DNA of 64,000 nucleotides from Somniosus microcephalus (Eukaryota). A program made the translations under genes and the position numbers. Shown here piece after piece: positions 18,245 to 31,274 of this stretch. The stretch lies in contig CM126202.1 of assembly GCA_052327205.1 (NCBI GenBank), positions 192,014,001-192,078,000 of the forward strand. Reading direction: 5' to 3'. The notes under the pieces are model-generated. The model did no database searches, was not told where the DNA came from, and saw only the letters and a list, made by a program, of their open reading frames with translations. The stretch's first letter is position 1. Each line of letters starts with the position of its first letter.

Positions 18245-21180
18245 TCATGTCCAAATTCCTGCCCGCTCCCCGTAACCCTTAATTCCCTTTACTTCTAGGA
18301 AACTGTCTATTTCTGTTTTAAATTTATGTAATGATGTAGCTTCTACAGCTTTTTGGGGCAGCATATTCCATGGACCTACCACCCTCTGAGTGAAGTAGTT
18401 CCTCCTCATCTCAGTTTTGAAAGAGCAGCCCCTTATTCTAAGACGATGCCCCCTAGTTCTAGTTTCACCCATCATCGGGAACATCCTCCCCGCATCCACC
18501 CGATCCAACCCCTTCACAATAAGATCGCCTCTCATTCTTCTGAACTCCAATGAGTAGAGTCCCAATCTACTCAACCTCTCCTCATATGTCCATCCCCTCA
18601 TCCCCGGGATTAACCGAGTGAACCTTCTTTGTACTGACTCGAGAGCAAGTATGTCCTTTCTTAAGTATGGACACCAAAACTGTACGCAGTATTCCAGGTG
18701 CGGTCTCACCAATACCTTGTACAACTGAAGCAATACCTCCCTATTTTTATATTCTATCCCCCTAGCAATGAAAGCCAACATTCCATTGGCCTTCTTAATC
18801 ACTTGCTGCACCTGCATACTAACCTTTTGAGTTTCGTGCACCAGGACCCCCAGATCCCTTTGTACTTCAGTACTTTCCAGTTTCTTGCCATTAAGATAAT
18901 AACTTGCTCTACAGTTTTTCCTGCCAAAGTGCATAACCTCACACTTTCCAGTATTGTATTCCATCTGCCAAATCTCTGCCCACTTACTTCGCCTGTCTAT
19001 GTCCCCTTGCAGGTTTTTTATGTCCTCCTCACTCACTACTTTCCCTCCCATCTTAGTATCATCTGCAAACTTTGATATGTTACACTCGGTCCCCTCCAAA
19101 TCGTTAATATAGATTGTAAAGAGTTGGGGACCTAGCACTGACCCCTGCAGAACACCACTAGTTACTGATTGCCAGTCTGAGAATGAACCATTTATCCCAA
19201 CTCTCTGCCTTCTGTTAGATAGCCAATCCTCTATCCATGCCAGAATATTACCCCCAATCCCGTGATTTTTTATCTTAAGCAATAATCTTTTGTGTGGCAC
19301 CTTGTCAAATGCCTTTTGGAAGTCTAAATACACTACGTCCACTGGTTCCCCTTTATCCACCCTATATGTTACTTCCTCAAAGAACTCCAGCAAATTTGTC
19401 AAACATGACTTCCCCTTCATAAAACCATGCTGACTTTGTCCTATTATATTATGATTATCCAAATGTCCTGTTACTGTCTCCTTAATAATGGACTCCAAAA
19501 TTTTACCTACCACAGATGTTAGGCTAACCGGTCTATAGTTTCCAGCCTTCTGTCTACTGCCCTTTTTAAATAAGGGTGTTACATTAGCAGTTTTCCAGTC
19601 TGCCGGGACCTTTGCTGAGTCCAGGGAGTTTTGGAAAATTATTCCCAATGCATCCACAATCCCTACCGCCACTTCCCTCAAGACCCTAGGATGTAAGCCA
19701 TCAGGTCCAGGTGATTTATCCGCCTTGAGTCCCATTATTTTACCGAGTACCACTTCCTTAGTGATTTTGATCATGTTTAGCTCCTCCCCCCCCCCATAGC
19801 CCCCTGTTTGTCCAGTGTTGGGATATTCTTAGTGTCCTCTACTGTAAAGAGTGATACAAAATATTCATTCAGTGTTTTTGCCATCTCCATATTTCCCACC
19901 ATTAATTTCCCGGTCTCATCCTCTAAGGGACCAACATTTACTTTAGCCACCCTTTTTCTTTTTATATAACGATAAAAACTCTTACTATCTGTTTTTATAT
20001 TTTTTGCTAATTTACTTTCATAATCTATCTTCCCTTTCTTAATCAATCTTTTTGTTATTTTTTGCTGTCTTTTAAAGTTTTCCCAATCCTCTATCCTCCC
20101 ACTAGATTTGGCTACCTTATATGTCCTTGTTTTTAGTCGAATACTATCCTTAATTTCTTTACTTAGCCACGGATGGCTGTCTTTTCTTTTACACCCTTTT
20201 CTTCTCAGTGGAATATATTTTTTTTGGAAGTTGTAAAATAACTCCTTAAATGTACACCACTGATCATGTATCGTCTTACCCTTTAATCTATTTTCCCAAT
20301 CCACTCTACTCAATTCCGCTCTCATACCTTCATAGTCTCCTTTATTCAAGCTTAGCACGCTTGTTTGAGATCCAACCTTCTCACCCTCTAATTGAATATG
20401 GAATTCAACCATATTATGGTCACTCATTCCAAGGGGATCCTTTACTCGGACATTTTTAATTAATCCTGTCTCGTTACACAGGACCAGATCTAAGGTTGCT
20501 TGCCCCCTGGTCGGTTCAGTTACATACTGCTCAAGAAACCCATCCCTAATACACTCAATGAACTCATTCTCAAGGCAGCCCTGCCCAATTTGATTTGTCC
20601 AATTAATATGATAGTTAAAATCTCCCATAATTATAGATGTTCCCTTATTACAAGCCTCAACTATTTCCTGATTGATACTCCGTCCAACAGAGTTACAACT
20701 GTTCGGAGGCCTATAGACTACACCCACTAGTGTTTTTTTCCCCTTATTATTCCTTACCTCCACCCAAACTGTTTCATTATCCTGATCTTTTGACCCAGTA
20801 TCATTTCTCTGTATTACAGTGATTCCTTCCTTTATTAACATAGCCATCCCACCTCCCCTTCCTTCCTGCCTGTCCTTCCTGATCGTTAAATAACCTGGTA
20901 TGTTTAATTCCCAGGCATTGTCACTCTGCAGCCATGTTTCTGTAATGGCCACAAGATCATACCCATATGTAGTTATTTGTGCCATTAACTCGTCTATTTT
21001 GTTACGAATGCTACGTGCATTCAGATAGAGAACTTTCAAATATGTTTTGTGACACTTAGTTCCTGCTTTTGCCCTTTTTATTACTTTACCTTTTACTCCA
21101 TACCTTCTGCCCCTTCCTGACACGCTCTGGTTTTTAATTTCCCCACTGCTACCTAAGTCTATGACCTTCTCTGTTGTCAT
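18245..21180 (-). CDS. CR1 ORF2 (APE endonuclease plus reverse transcriptase), split by one frameshift in a C10 run (19786-19795)
   Basis: EN motifs YLNARSI, AITETWL, VYRPP, MGDFN, LDLV, SDH. RT motifs KSPGPDG, NYRPVSLTS, QHGF, YLDFQKAFDKV, QGSVLGP, FADDT. Confidence 0.95.
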
Positions 21181-21220
21181 TTTTATTATTTGCTCTCTAG
21201 GAACCTCCCCCCCCCACTAG

Positions 21221-22174
21221 TTAGTTTAAAGCCCTCTCTGCAGCCCTAGTTATATGATCCGCCAGGACTCTAGTCCCAGCACTGGCCAAGTGAAGCCCGT
21301 CCCAACGGAACAGCTCCCTCCTGCCCCAGTACTGGTGCCAGTGTCCCAGGAAGCAAAACCCATTTCTCCCACACCAGTCTTTGAACCACGCATTTAACTC
21401 TCTAATTTTATTTGTCCTAGCCAAATTCGCTCGTGGCTCAGGTAATAATCCAGAGATTATTACCCTTGAGGTTCTGTTTTTTAATTTGACCCCTAGCTGT
21501 TCATACTCTTTTAACAGAACCGGCTTCCTAGTCCTATCTACGTCGTTTGTACCAACATGGACCACGACAACTAGATCCACCCCCTCCCACTGCAAGTTTC
21601 TTTCCAGCCCAGAGGAGATGTCCTTAACCCTGGCACTGGGTAGGCAACACAGCCTTCGGGACTCTCGCTCTCAGCTGCAGAGAACTCTATCTATCCCCCT
21701 AATAATACTATCCCCTAGCACTACAACATTTCTATTTACTCCCCCCTCTTGAATGGCCCCCCGTTCCACGGTGCTGTGGCCAGGTTGCTCATCCTCCCCG
21801 CAGTCCCTGCTCCTGTCCCCACAGGGAGTAAGAACCTCGAACCTGTTGGAAAAGAGCAAGGGCTGCGGCTCCTCCAGCTCTACCTCCTGGATCCCCGTAC
21901 CTGCCTCACTCGTAGTCACACCATCCTGTCCCTGACCATGGGCTACATCTGAATTAATTAACTTCATAGGTGTGACCACCTCCTGATACACAGAGTCCAG
22001 GTACTTCTCCCCCTCCCTGATGTGTCGCAGTGTCTGAAGCTCAGACTCCAGCTCATCAACACAGAGCTGGAGTTCCTGTAGCAGCAGACACTTGTCACAG
22101 GCGTAATCACCGTGAGCCTCAATGGGGTTCACCGGCTCCCACATCTCGCAACAGTAACACATCACCTGCTCCAT
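21221..22174 (-). CDS. CR1 ORF1 (zinc finger, coiled coil, SGNH esterase) with one in-frame TGA at 21671-21673
   Basis: CxxCxMW...CDKC zinc finger; LQELQLCVDELESELQTL coiled coil; 'NRFEVL', 'VLGDSIIRGID', 'VHVGTND', 'DGLHL'. The two track ORFs share a frame (579 nt apart). Confidence 0.92.
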
Positions 22175-22397
22175 TCTATGTAATTAATTAAATTTTTTAT
22201 TGTTAGTTATGGACACCCTCTGCCCGATTTTAGATGCTAGTATCCCCTTTAATTAATTGGATTTAAATTAAATCAATCCCTCTAGTTACACCAGTTAAAT
22301 GGTTTACCAACAGTCACTCTGCACCAGAAAGGCCTTATTAACTACAACCCACAGAGTTAAAGTTTGAAAAGAGCACCTAACACCCCACTTACCCTAA

Positions 22398-22875
22398 CTC
22401 ACACTTACCCAAACTCACAGCACTCTTTGATGACTCGCACTCAGTTGCTCGCACTAGGACTGGTCTTTTTATACTGTTTGTTTGTTTACAGCCAAATGAG
22501 TCACCCCTGCTGATTGGTTAGAAAACTGGTTTCCACTGCCTGCTGTGCCATTTACTCCTACTGCAGTGTAACCTTGTTTTACTCTTCTTAAACCAACAGA
22601 ATCCCAAATATTTAACTTTTCCCCTTTACTTAAACTGCTTAAGTAATCTTATCAAGAATGATTTAAAGAGAAATAACAATTAACGAACTCTCACACTTAC
22701 CCAAACACACAGCACTCTTTGATGACTCGCACTCAGTGCTTGCGCGCACTAAGACTGGTCTTTTTATACTGTTTGTTTGTTTACAGCCAAATGAGTCACC
22801 CCCTGCTGATTGGTTAGAAAACTGGTTTCCACTGCCTGCTGTGCCAATTTACTCCTACTGCAGTGTAACCTTGTT
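22398..22875 (-). promoter_or_regulatory. Tandemly duplicated CR1 5'UTR promoter monomer (period ~295 bp)
   Basis: 22398-22577 is nearly identical to 22690-22875. On the minus strand each copy reads CCAATCA, TGACTCA, GTAAACA, TATAAAA and then a GGTAAGT donor. Confidence 0.75.
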
Positions 22876-23504
22876 ATTCCATTGAATAGTGGAAGTGTAG
22901 GCATGGATGAATATTCTGCAGTTTTGCTGAATCAATTTTGGGGATCAGGGAGTATTTATTAAGATCTTTTCCCTCCGGAGATTGAATGGGTTGAGTAGGA
23001 TTCTTCGTGGTTACCTGATTCAATAGTTTTAAGTACTAGAATCCAACCAAGTACTCATACAACCCAATTCAGTGAAATCACCAAATATTTTACATTCCAA
23101 CTGCAATATATTTCTTCTTAAGTCTTATCTCACATTTGTAGTATTTTTGTAAATGATTACTGTCCAGAAATTTGTACTGTCAACATGATTTCTATACTGT
23201 ATCACGCACCTTGGTATAACTTTCTTGATGGCAAAGTTACGGTAGTGGAGTGGGATCAGCTCCGGGGAAATTCCCAGCCAGTATTTTGAGAATATATCAG
23301 TAAATTCAAGGTATTTATCAATACATTTTAAATCATAATTTTCATCTAAATAGATGGAATTTATTGCCAGAAGCAAAGCAGGTTTGCTGGTGTGATGTTA
23401 ATATTATGTAAGATATCCTTTGCAACAAGACCTACCTAGTTTGTGCAATTCAGTTTTACTGCAGAAGCTGGTCAAATTAAAAAATGTATTTAAACCTCTT
23501 ACAA

Positions 23505-23645
23505 ATAAAATTCTGTGCCGCTGGCAGGGCCTCACATGCAACCAGTGCATATCGGATAATCATGGTCAATACAACCAACATTTTCTGACATGCACTGGCT
23601 GCGTGTGAGGCCCCACTGGCAGCATTTGGCGCCACAAAATTTGTC
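23505..23645. mobile_element. Small palindromic MITE
   Basis: 'ggcctcacatgcaaccagtgcat' pairs with 'atgcactggctgcgtgtgaggcc'. Confidence 0.7.
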
Positions 23646-24721
23646 CTTAAAGGTTCATTATTTCTCTTTTTCAGAATGTATGAGTCCCTGTTTGTTTTTA
23701 TTGCATATCTTTTTTTGCAACCTGTTAGTATAATGGTACCATTTTAAATGTGTAAAACTCTACCTGTCCTTTGCTTTAAAGTTGAAGAGAACCTCATTGT
23801 TATAGTTGGACGTAGGTCTAACTCTCCATGATGTCTGCTTTCATCTCGTCCTTTGATACTGTCATTTTTATCTGTCTCACCGCACTGCCTCCCTTTGCTG
23901 ATCTGCTATTTTCTAATGTATTGCTGTTTTACTTGTATGATTGCTGCCGAGACAATCTTAGACCTGGCTGCCATTCTCTCAGTTACAGAGAAAAGGACTG
24001 TCTCTGGTGCCTACTCTTCAGAAAAAGTTGATTCATGTGTAAATTATCAGTTAGCCTTTATTTGTTCGGCCTGTGGAGAGTACACACACAGATAAAAGGC
24101 TCAGAGGGTCAGGGCTTAGTAGATGCATGTTTCTCTCGTGGCCAGAATGACAGTGTTAGCATTGTTGTCAAAGATTATCACAGAGACTGGAAGGCCTCAT
24201 CATTATGTACTTGCTGTTAGATTTTTTTCCCAGACAATATCATTGTAGAAAAGCTGAACAAACCATACTGCATATTTAGTATCCTAACAATAAAGTGGAA
24301 TATTGTTACTGATTGGGATTATTTTAGAAACTTTTTATCCTTGGCTTAAGAACCAATTGCTTCTAGGGAATTCTCCCTCATTACCAACTTTTCATATTCC
24401 CACTGGTGCTTCCTACCACAATATCGTGGCCTTCAGTTAAGAGACCACGAGAACTTCAATGCAGACTTCAATGTTGCTCTGTCATTGGCCACGAGAGATG
24501 AGATCCTGAATGACAGGACTAGTTCTATCAATTTCACTTCACCTAACACCGCAACTTCCCATGCAAAGATCTTCAGTTAAAAACTACAAAACTGTCCATG
24601 TTTTACTCTATTGTATAAAGTCAAAATTACCCCCTTTATCTTAGAAATAAGGCAACACATAAAGAATGCATAATAAGAAATATTGGAATACCTAGTTTAT
24701 TTCTCAAACAAGCAAGACTTG

Positions 24722-24905
24722 TGGGGTAGAATTTATGCATGGATTCTCCAACAATGGCTTCTCTGCCCACCCCCACACCATTACCTCTAGAGTCCTCGAA
24801 GGATCTAACTTCGGCAGAAGATTGACAAAAACCCCTGAAAAATGGCAGGAATTCAAGAGAATTCTCCATTCCTGCCACCCCCCCTCCCACCCTGGCAATT
24901 CCAGG
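24722..24905. mobile_element. Degenerate MITE
   Basis: 'ggggtagaattt' start, internal 'aacttcggcagaagatt' palindrome, 'ggcaattcc' end. Confidence 0.45.
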
Positions 24906-25431
24906 CATATATTTGCAGGTAACAGAATCACAAATAAGTTCAAAGAGTCTTCTTTAGGAGTGAAATAAACAGGGCTTTATTTAGTTTTAATAGTGATCAG
25001 AACAAATTAATGGATTGTGCCATATGAGTTGCCTTTTTATTCTTGATCCAGTTGGCTACCATCTTGAAAATCCCTTTAATGGAGGTTCAATTCCCTGGCC
25101 CATTTTCGTCCTATATGCCTCTTTCACAAGTGAGTCATACTGCTAGCATGAATTTAAAGAGTCCTCTTACCTGGCAATGGCTCACCTGACACAGGGGACC
25201 ATGTTTGGGATAGGTGGAGGTTCTGGCTCAAACAAGACCCCGTGGAAACTGACGGGGATAGCTGGGACCCAATATAACCAGTCCTGCTTAATTCCCAGAC
25301 TTTTCTCCACATTCCGCCGCAGGAGTGCAATGGAAGGACTACAGATTTTCAACCACAATGTCATTGACACTGATGGGGCAGTCAATCCCAGCAAAACATA
25401 TCTTCAATTAGCTTTCACTTGTTAAAACATT

Positions 25432-26169
25432 GGCCCAGAAATTCGTGTCGGGGGCTTCCCGCGGGTGCAAGCCCCCGACCTACACTTACCTAGCACGCCG
25501 GCAGTTGAAGCCTGGGCCTGCGTGGATTTCCTGTCTGTGGCCCGGTTCAGCTCCCGGCACGCTGTGCTTGCGTGACCCAGCGGCGTACTTAGTGCGATGC
25601 GTCGGCTGGGATCACGTGAGCACTGGGCAACCAATCGGAGGATGCAAAAGAACTGTCAAACTCATGAAAACTCTGGGCGCCCAAAACAGTACTTAAATTG
25701 AAATAAAAAAAAATTTTAATCACACTATTTAAATGAACTATAAATAACTTTAAATAACTGTTTTAAACAATAAATTAAATTTTTGAAAAAAATAATTTTA
25801 TAAAAAATCGGGGCTAAAAATACACTTACCTTACTGTAAAGTCTTTAAAAATAATAAACCTGTGGAAAAAAATTCTAATTCTAATTATTAGACCACTTAC
25901 CTTTTAAAATTAAGTCCTTACGTCTGCTTTTTTAAAGTGTAAAAAGTGGAGGCCTTCACGCACGGGCAAACCTGGAAAAAAAAGGAAGTTCAACGCGCAC
26001 GCACAGACTCCTGCGCGCACGCATTCGACTTCTGAACCCCTTGGTTCAGAGGATCGGAAATGCCGGTTTCCCGCGCATGCGTAGTGCATGCAAGATTCCG
26101 GCACTTCCATCGGGTCTACGCGTGAGTACTCCGTCCGTACTCACGCGTTGGGACCCGAATTTCTGGGCC
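25432..26169. mobile_element. Complete Harbinger-type non-autonomous element
   Basis: TIRs 'ggcccagaaattcg' and 'cgaatttctgggcc'. 3-bp TSD ATT (25429-25431, 26170-26172). CpG-rich ends and AT-rich core. Confidence 0.9.
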
Positions 26170-27249
26170 ATTGTAATTCTCTCCTACCAATTGGATGTTG
26201 ATATTTCAAAAAATAAATATATACACATTTAATTTTTTAAAATATTTAAATTGTACTTTGATTTATAATATTTAATTGAAAAGTTTGTAGTGTTTTACCT
26301 TCTGAATCCCCAATTGTAACATTTAACAAAAGTCACATGTTGATGGAAAAAGTACATATTTCAACAGAAAAACAATCCATTGTAATGTATTTAAAAAAGA
26401 ATTAGGGTGACCAATTTCTGTGCCTAAAACAAGCGTTAGGCCCTTTGAATATGCTAATCAGGGGCCCATCGCCTGTTTTATACCCTGATGCCAAATTCAG
26501 CAATAACTGAGCAGAGCACATGCCATGCATGCTTTCCTCAGTTTTTCCGGGTCCACAGCAGCTTAACCAGCAGTCCCTTTAGGCACCACTGAAGGGACCC
26601 CTGAAGAAAAAAATGATCTTTTATTACTTACCTTAATTTGGAGCCAGGAGAAGCGGGAGTGACCAGCAACAGAGGACAATGGGGCAGTTATGGTTGCTGC
26701 TCGTAGGGAGGTGGCAGCAGTGCCTCGATAGGCCTTTCAAAGAATGCCAAACAAGGCACTGAAGCTAGCTGTGAGCTTATCCGAGGCGGATTTAATCCTG
26801 GCATGGTAGCAGGAGAGTAAGAAGGGAGATGAGTAGTGGTGGCTTGGGGTACAGATTAGGTGGAGGCAAAGTGCCCAAGAGGTGAGAAATGAAAGGTGGC
26901 ATGACTGGGTGACCAGAGGGGGAGGAGATAGAAGAAAAGCCCCAAGAGGGACCAAGAGAAAGAAAATAAAGGGAGATAAAAGTAATGGACTCAAGCCCAG
27001 AATGGTTGCCAAAATGCGCAAGCAAAAGGACAGAGGGAAGTCAGGTTACATCAGCATTGCAGAGATTAGGTAAGACATGCTCTGATGATAAACAGAGGAT
27101 ATGGAGGTGATAATACGAAGAGAGCTCAATATCTGAGGTCCTGTGGTAGGATGCAGTTGACTTGTAGCCAAGATGGAGTTAGCTTGGAGCATCAAGGGAC
27201 CAATGTCCAGGCTTGGAGATCGTTGTGGAGAGGAAGTGAATCTAGGAGC

Positions 27250-27400
27250 TCTTTAAGGTCCTCCTTCAAACCTATCTCTTTGGCCAAGCTTTTGGTCACT
27301 CCTAATATCTGCTTCTCGGCATTCATTTTTTTCTGATAACACTTCTGCAAAGATCCTTGGGACGTTTTACTATACAACTGCAAGTTGCTGTTGCTGTTGT
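27250..27400 (+). mobile_element. L2-type LINE 3' end
   Basis: 'ctccttcaaacctatctctttggccaagcttttggtcac...ccttgggacgttttacta...tgcaagttgctgttgctgttgt' tail. The upstream 26700-27240 is probably an inverted L2 ORF2 remnant. Confidence 0.6.
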
Positions 27401-28302
27401 AAATTGAAATATTCAAAATGATGTGTGGTTTGAAATCATAAAAAAGTGATAATTTATGGATATTTGCTGGTAAGATAGAATCCCTCTGACCAGAGATAAT
27501 GTCCTCTCCCCGCAGGCACTCAGGTAATGGTTAATGTAGAAGACTGCTCTATGCACTTTATGGCATACCAAAAACATCCACTGTCAAACTGGTTGGGTGC
27601 AATTGTTCACAATCCCCCTAAATAGCCAGTGTGATCAAAATGTCTAAAATAATTCAATTTTTGAGTGACTTATATTCTAGTCATTTTGTTGTAAAATTAT
27701 TAATTTTATATAGTGTTTGGGTTACATATATATATATCACATGAAATTGAAAACTTTTATCATCACTTTTGTAGCTGGTATAACAGGAATCTGAAGCATT
27801 TTTTCATTCTTTTCCAGAATAAAAATCTATGGGTGATTCTGAGATCCGACGCTCTTCACAGGGAGCCTAGGTTGTATCCCTGTCACCTAAAATGCCCTAG
27901 GCACTGAGCGCAGCTTCCCAGTGGGGAGCACTGGACTGCCCAATCATCCCACTCTTTTCAAAGTTTAAAAATATATATTTTTCACTACCCTATTCAGTTT
28001 TTTTTCCATGTTACATACCATTCTACTCCAATAGGGTAGATGGGTGACTTTCAAGCAGGCCTTCTGCTAATGCCGTTCAGCAACCTTCAGCGGCGGGGAT
28101 GCTCTCCTTTTGAGTTCCCCTCCCTCTTTGAAGGAAGGCGTTCTCTTCATCTCCACAATGACAAGGCTGAGGGAAATGTGATCCTTTCTTAACCCATTAC
28201 TCTGACACAGTACCAACACGCTGCCTGCTGTTATATGCTTTTCTTTAATATTGCTTCTTGTATTAAGTTGAAAATTGCCAGAACACATTAATTGAATATT
28301 TT

Positions 28303-29005
28303 GGGCTGTATTTTGCTATAGAAATAACAGTGAGGCTAACAGCGCTCACCGTTATTAAAGTGTAAATTGGACTGTGACCACACATGCACAGTATTCCTCC
28401 AGAAGCTTCGCTATAACAGTATCTTGTTGAGAGACTCGCCATTGAAATACATTGAACGGCGTGAAGTTGCAGTACTTACGTGATAGGTACCCACTAAACT
28501 TGCCAGAAAATGTTTGGGGTTGTCCATTCCAGTGTAAGTACATTTTTAATGCCGTGATAAGTCTTAATTACTTCCAAACAACCTCTCTGGCACTGAAAAT
28601 TAACTTTTACAACTGTGTAATTATTATTGTTGGAGATTTTTTTAAATAAAAAAATTTAATAATTTTTTTTTACTTTTTCGGTCTCTTTTATCTTTCTCTT
28701 AATCCCATATTCCTTTCCCTTTATTCCAGTTTCTTTACATGATTTGACATTAAATTAAATATTATAACACACTTCCCGGTCCAGATTCTGCGCTGCTCAT
28801 TAACAATTCTTCATTCTGATTGGTTAAGGAGATACACAGTTGCTTGACCTGTTCACACAAGTCCCAGATCCCCGTGTAGAGGGCACTGTGCCCAAAGGTG
28901 TCTCTAATTACAGTAAATTCCAGTGCAGAATCCCATAAAAAGTCTGTGTGCAAGTGTAATGAACAGTTGGCACTGTTCGTTCACCGTTGAGAGCAAATCC
29001 GGCCC
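28303..29005. mobile_element. Harbinger-type MITE
   Basis: Termini 'gggctgtattttgct' and 'agcaaatccggccc'. Same internal layout as 35344-36132. Confidence 0.75.
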
Positions 29006-30469
29006 ATTAATGTGATACAGTGGAATCCTATCAAGTGCATAGGTCAGGATGGAGACAAATAATTACCAAATAACTGAATTTGTATACACAAGATAGTTAT
29101 ACCAATTTTTATTGTCTAACAGACACAGTTGGAACTTATAATATGTTGCGAAACAGTGTGACACCAGGATGTTGCCTGGAACTTGCCAATAAAAAAGTTT
29201 TATATACTGAATATGAACTTGATAGAGCATAGTTTTTAACAACATAACAGTTCTCTAGAACTATACACCCAGGCTTTGTTTGAAACATGTCTGGGAAATA
29301 ATGACATTAATAGAAATCTTTCATCATAGTAATAAAATGCTTTAAACTGTTTTAAGGATCACAGGTGTTGACAGTCTGATATTTGCAGATGATTTTTAGT
29401 TAATCCAACTGCGACAGATTGCAAACATGCATTTCATCAACTGTTGTGTAAATTTGACATATTAATCCAGCAGTTCTGCTTTTGCAGCAGTATTTGCTAA
29501 GCCATTTGAATTATTTATCCACATTGGTGTTTGTCAACTTTGCTGTTTGAAAGCATTACTTTTCAGATTCTTAATCCAGCTTTAATATGACGAACCAAAG
29601 TCATATCCAGTGACTGAAGCCGAGTCACACTGACCAACCAGTAAATTGAGCTTCGATCAGTTTCATACTGAGAGCTGCTGTATGTTCTGAACAAGTCTAA
29701 GCCATGTTAGCATAGTGAGTTGACAGCCCTTGACAGGTCAAATGGCCCTTACTAGCCAAAAATGTGAGTGGTTTACGCAGAACAGTGACAAGATGACTAA
29801 CAAAAGCCAGCTTCAAGCATGGCTACAGGTGGTTTCATTTATTAAATCAATCTTTAATTGGGACACATCAGATCATAAGCTTGAAAAGGTTAGTTACTTC
29901 TAAAATGGTTATGCTTACACAGTTCAATTTTTACTGACCTAGATCTTGTCACAAAGATTCATCGTTCTGTTTAATACTCATGTTCTCTCCGTGCACGTTT
30001 GGGATTCCTAGGTTCTGTGCAAGCACTTTGGGAATTTTTTTTGAAGTGAAATATAATGCTTTAGCTAACCATTGCTTATTCCTATGTAAAGCAGGCCCAA
30101 CAGAAATTGTCATTTGTTCTTCAGCTGTGAAATAAAGCACTATTTAACTCCTCCACCTTTATTAAGTATTGAGCTGCTGGTGTAGTGAACCACTGTTCTC
30201 TCTAGTTCTGCTTTAGTGGCCAATTTTATGTAATCTCTTAGGTTAAAGGCAATAAATAAATAATTATTATCTTAAAAAAGAGATAGTTATGATTTTTCTT
30301 TATTTGTTAACTTGCAGATTCTGAGTCCATCAACAATTTTTGACTTGTTGCCATCTTTGTACTGATCTCATGAGTTAAGAGAAAAAATTCTTTGACGGAC
30401 GTATTAAGTTCAAAAGCAAAATAATTTTTAAGTTCAATTTGACTTTTTGTTAAAAAATATTAGATTTAC

Positions 30470-30850
30470 TGAGGCTTCCCTAATTGCTCAGCAAGTTCAT
30501 CCAGTGAGCTGTGGTGTACAGACCAGGAAGGTTTTAGGTTTGATCTCCTGTCTGGGCTGAGTTAATTGATCTAAGCTGGTGTGGTGGGAGGGATGCTACA
30601 CAGTTGATCTAAGTGCTCAATTTGAGAGGGGAAAATCAATCAGGATTCCTGCTCCTGATCACTAGAAAGCCACCACTGCTGGAAGTGCATGTGTGAATGT
30701 TGGGTGAGGAGAAGGTCAGGCTTGACTGCAGTGTCCCTTGTAATTAAATAGCCAGCCAATACTCACTGTAAAGCCTTCCATGTGAATAATAACCAAATGA
30801 GTACGGTACTGGAGAATAATTGTTGCCTGTGGAACTCGTACCCCAGTAAA
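30470..30850 (+). mobile_element. tRNA-headed SINE
   Basis: A-box-like 'ttgctcagc', B-box-like 'ggtttgatctc', body 'ggattcctgctcctgatcac...ctgctggaagtgcatgtgtg'. Confidence 0.6.
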
Positions 30851-31158
30851 GGGTCAACAGTTGCAGGAGAGATGGGGAGAGGAGAAAATTAATAGCAAGT
30901 AATATATTTACTCCAAGTATTTTTAGCATATCTATCAACTGCAAGAAATATCTTGTTGCTAACAATCACAACTGGCACCTTCCATTGGACCACAGCTTTT
31001 TGTCATTCAAGTTCAGCTGGCAAATTAAAGGGCCATTAAACACAAGCTATAGCTGCTGCTTGGCATCAGTTAGCACAATAAAGCGATCACATGTAATAAA
31101 CATCAACCTTTTGCCAAGTACTACTTGTTGCTTATAACTGCAAAAGAAAAAGGTATAC

Positions 31159-31274
31159 GGGGTGAGTTTCCTTTCAACTGCTCCTGCACCGCTGCCGGAA
31201 GTGCGATGGAAACAATTGTCTGCCGCACATTTATGGCGGCGGAGTGTGAGCAGCTCCGAGGAAGTTTGACGCCA
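31159..31274. mobile_element. Short palindromic MITE
   Basis: 'ggggtgagtttcct...ctgctc...ccgctgcc' pairs with 'ggcggcgg...gagcag...aggaagtttgacgcc'. Confidence 0.55.

Larger units (their letters stand above)
18018..22879 (-). mobile_element. Near full-length CR1 LINE
   Basis: ORF1 and ORF2 present; 3' tail (tcttatgt)n; candidate TSD 'cattgaa' at 18011-18017 and 22880-22886. Confidence 0.92.
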
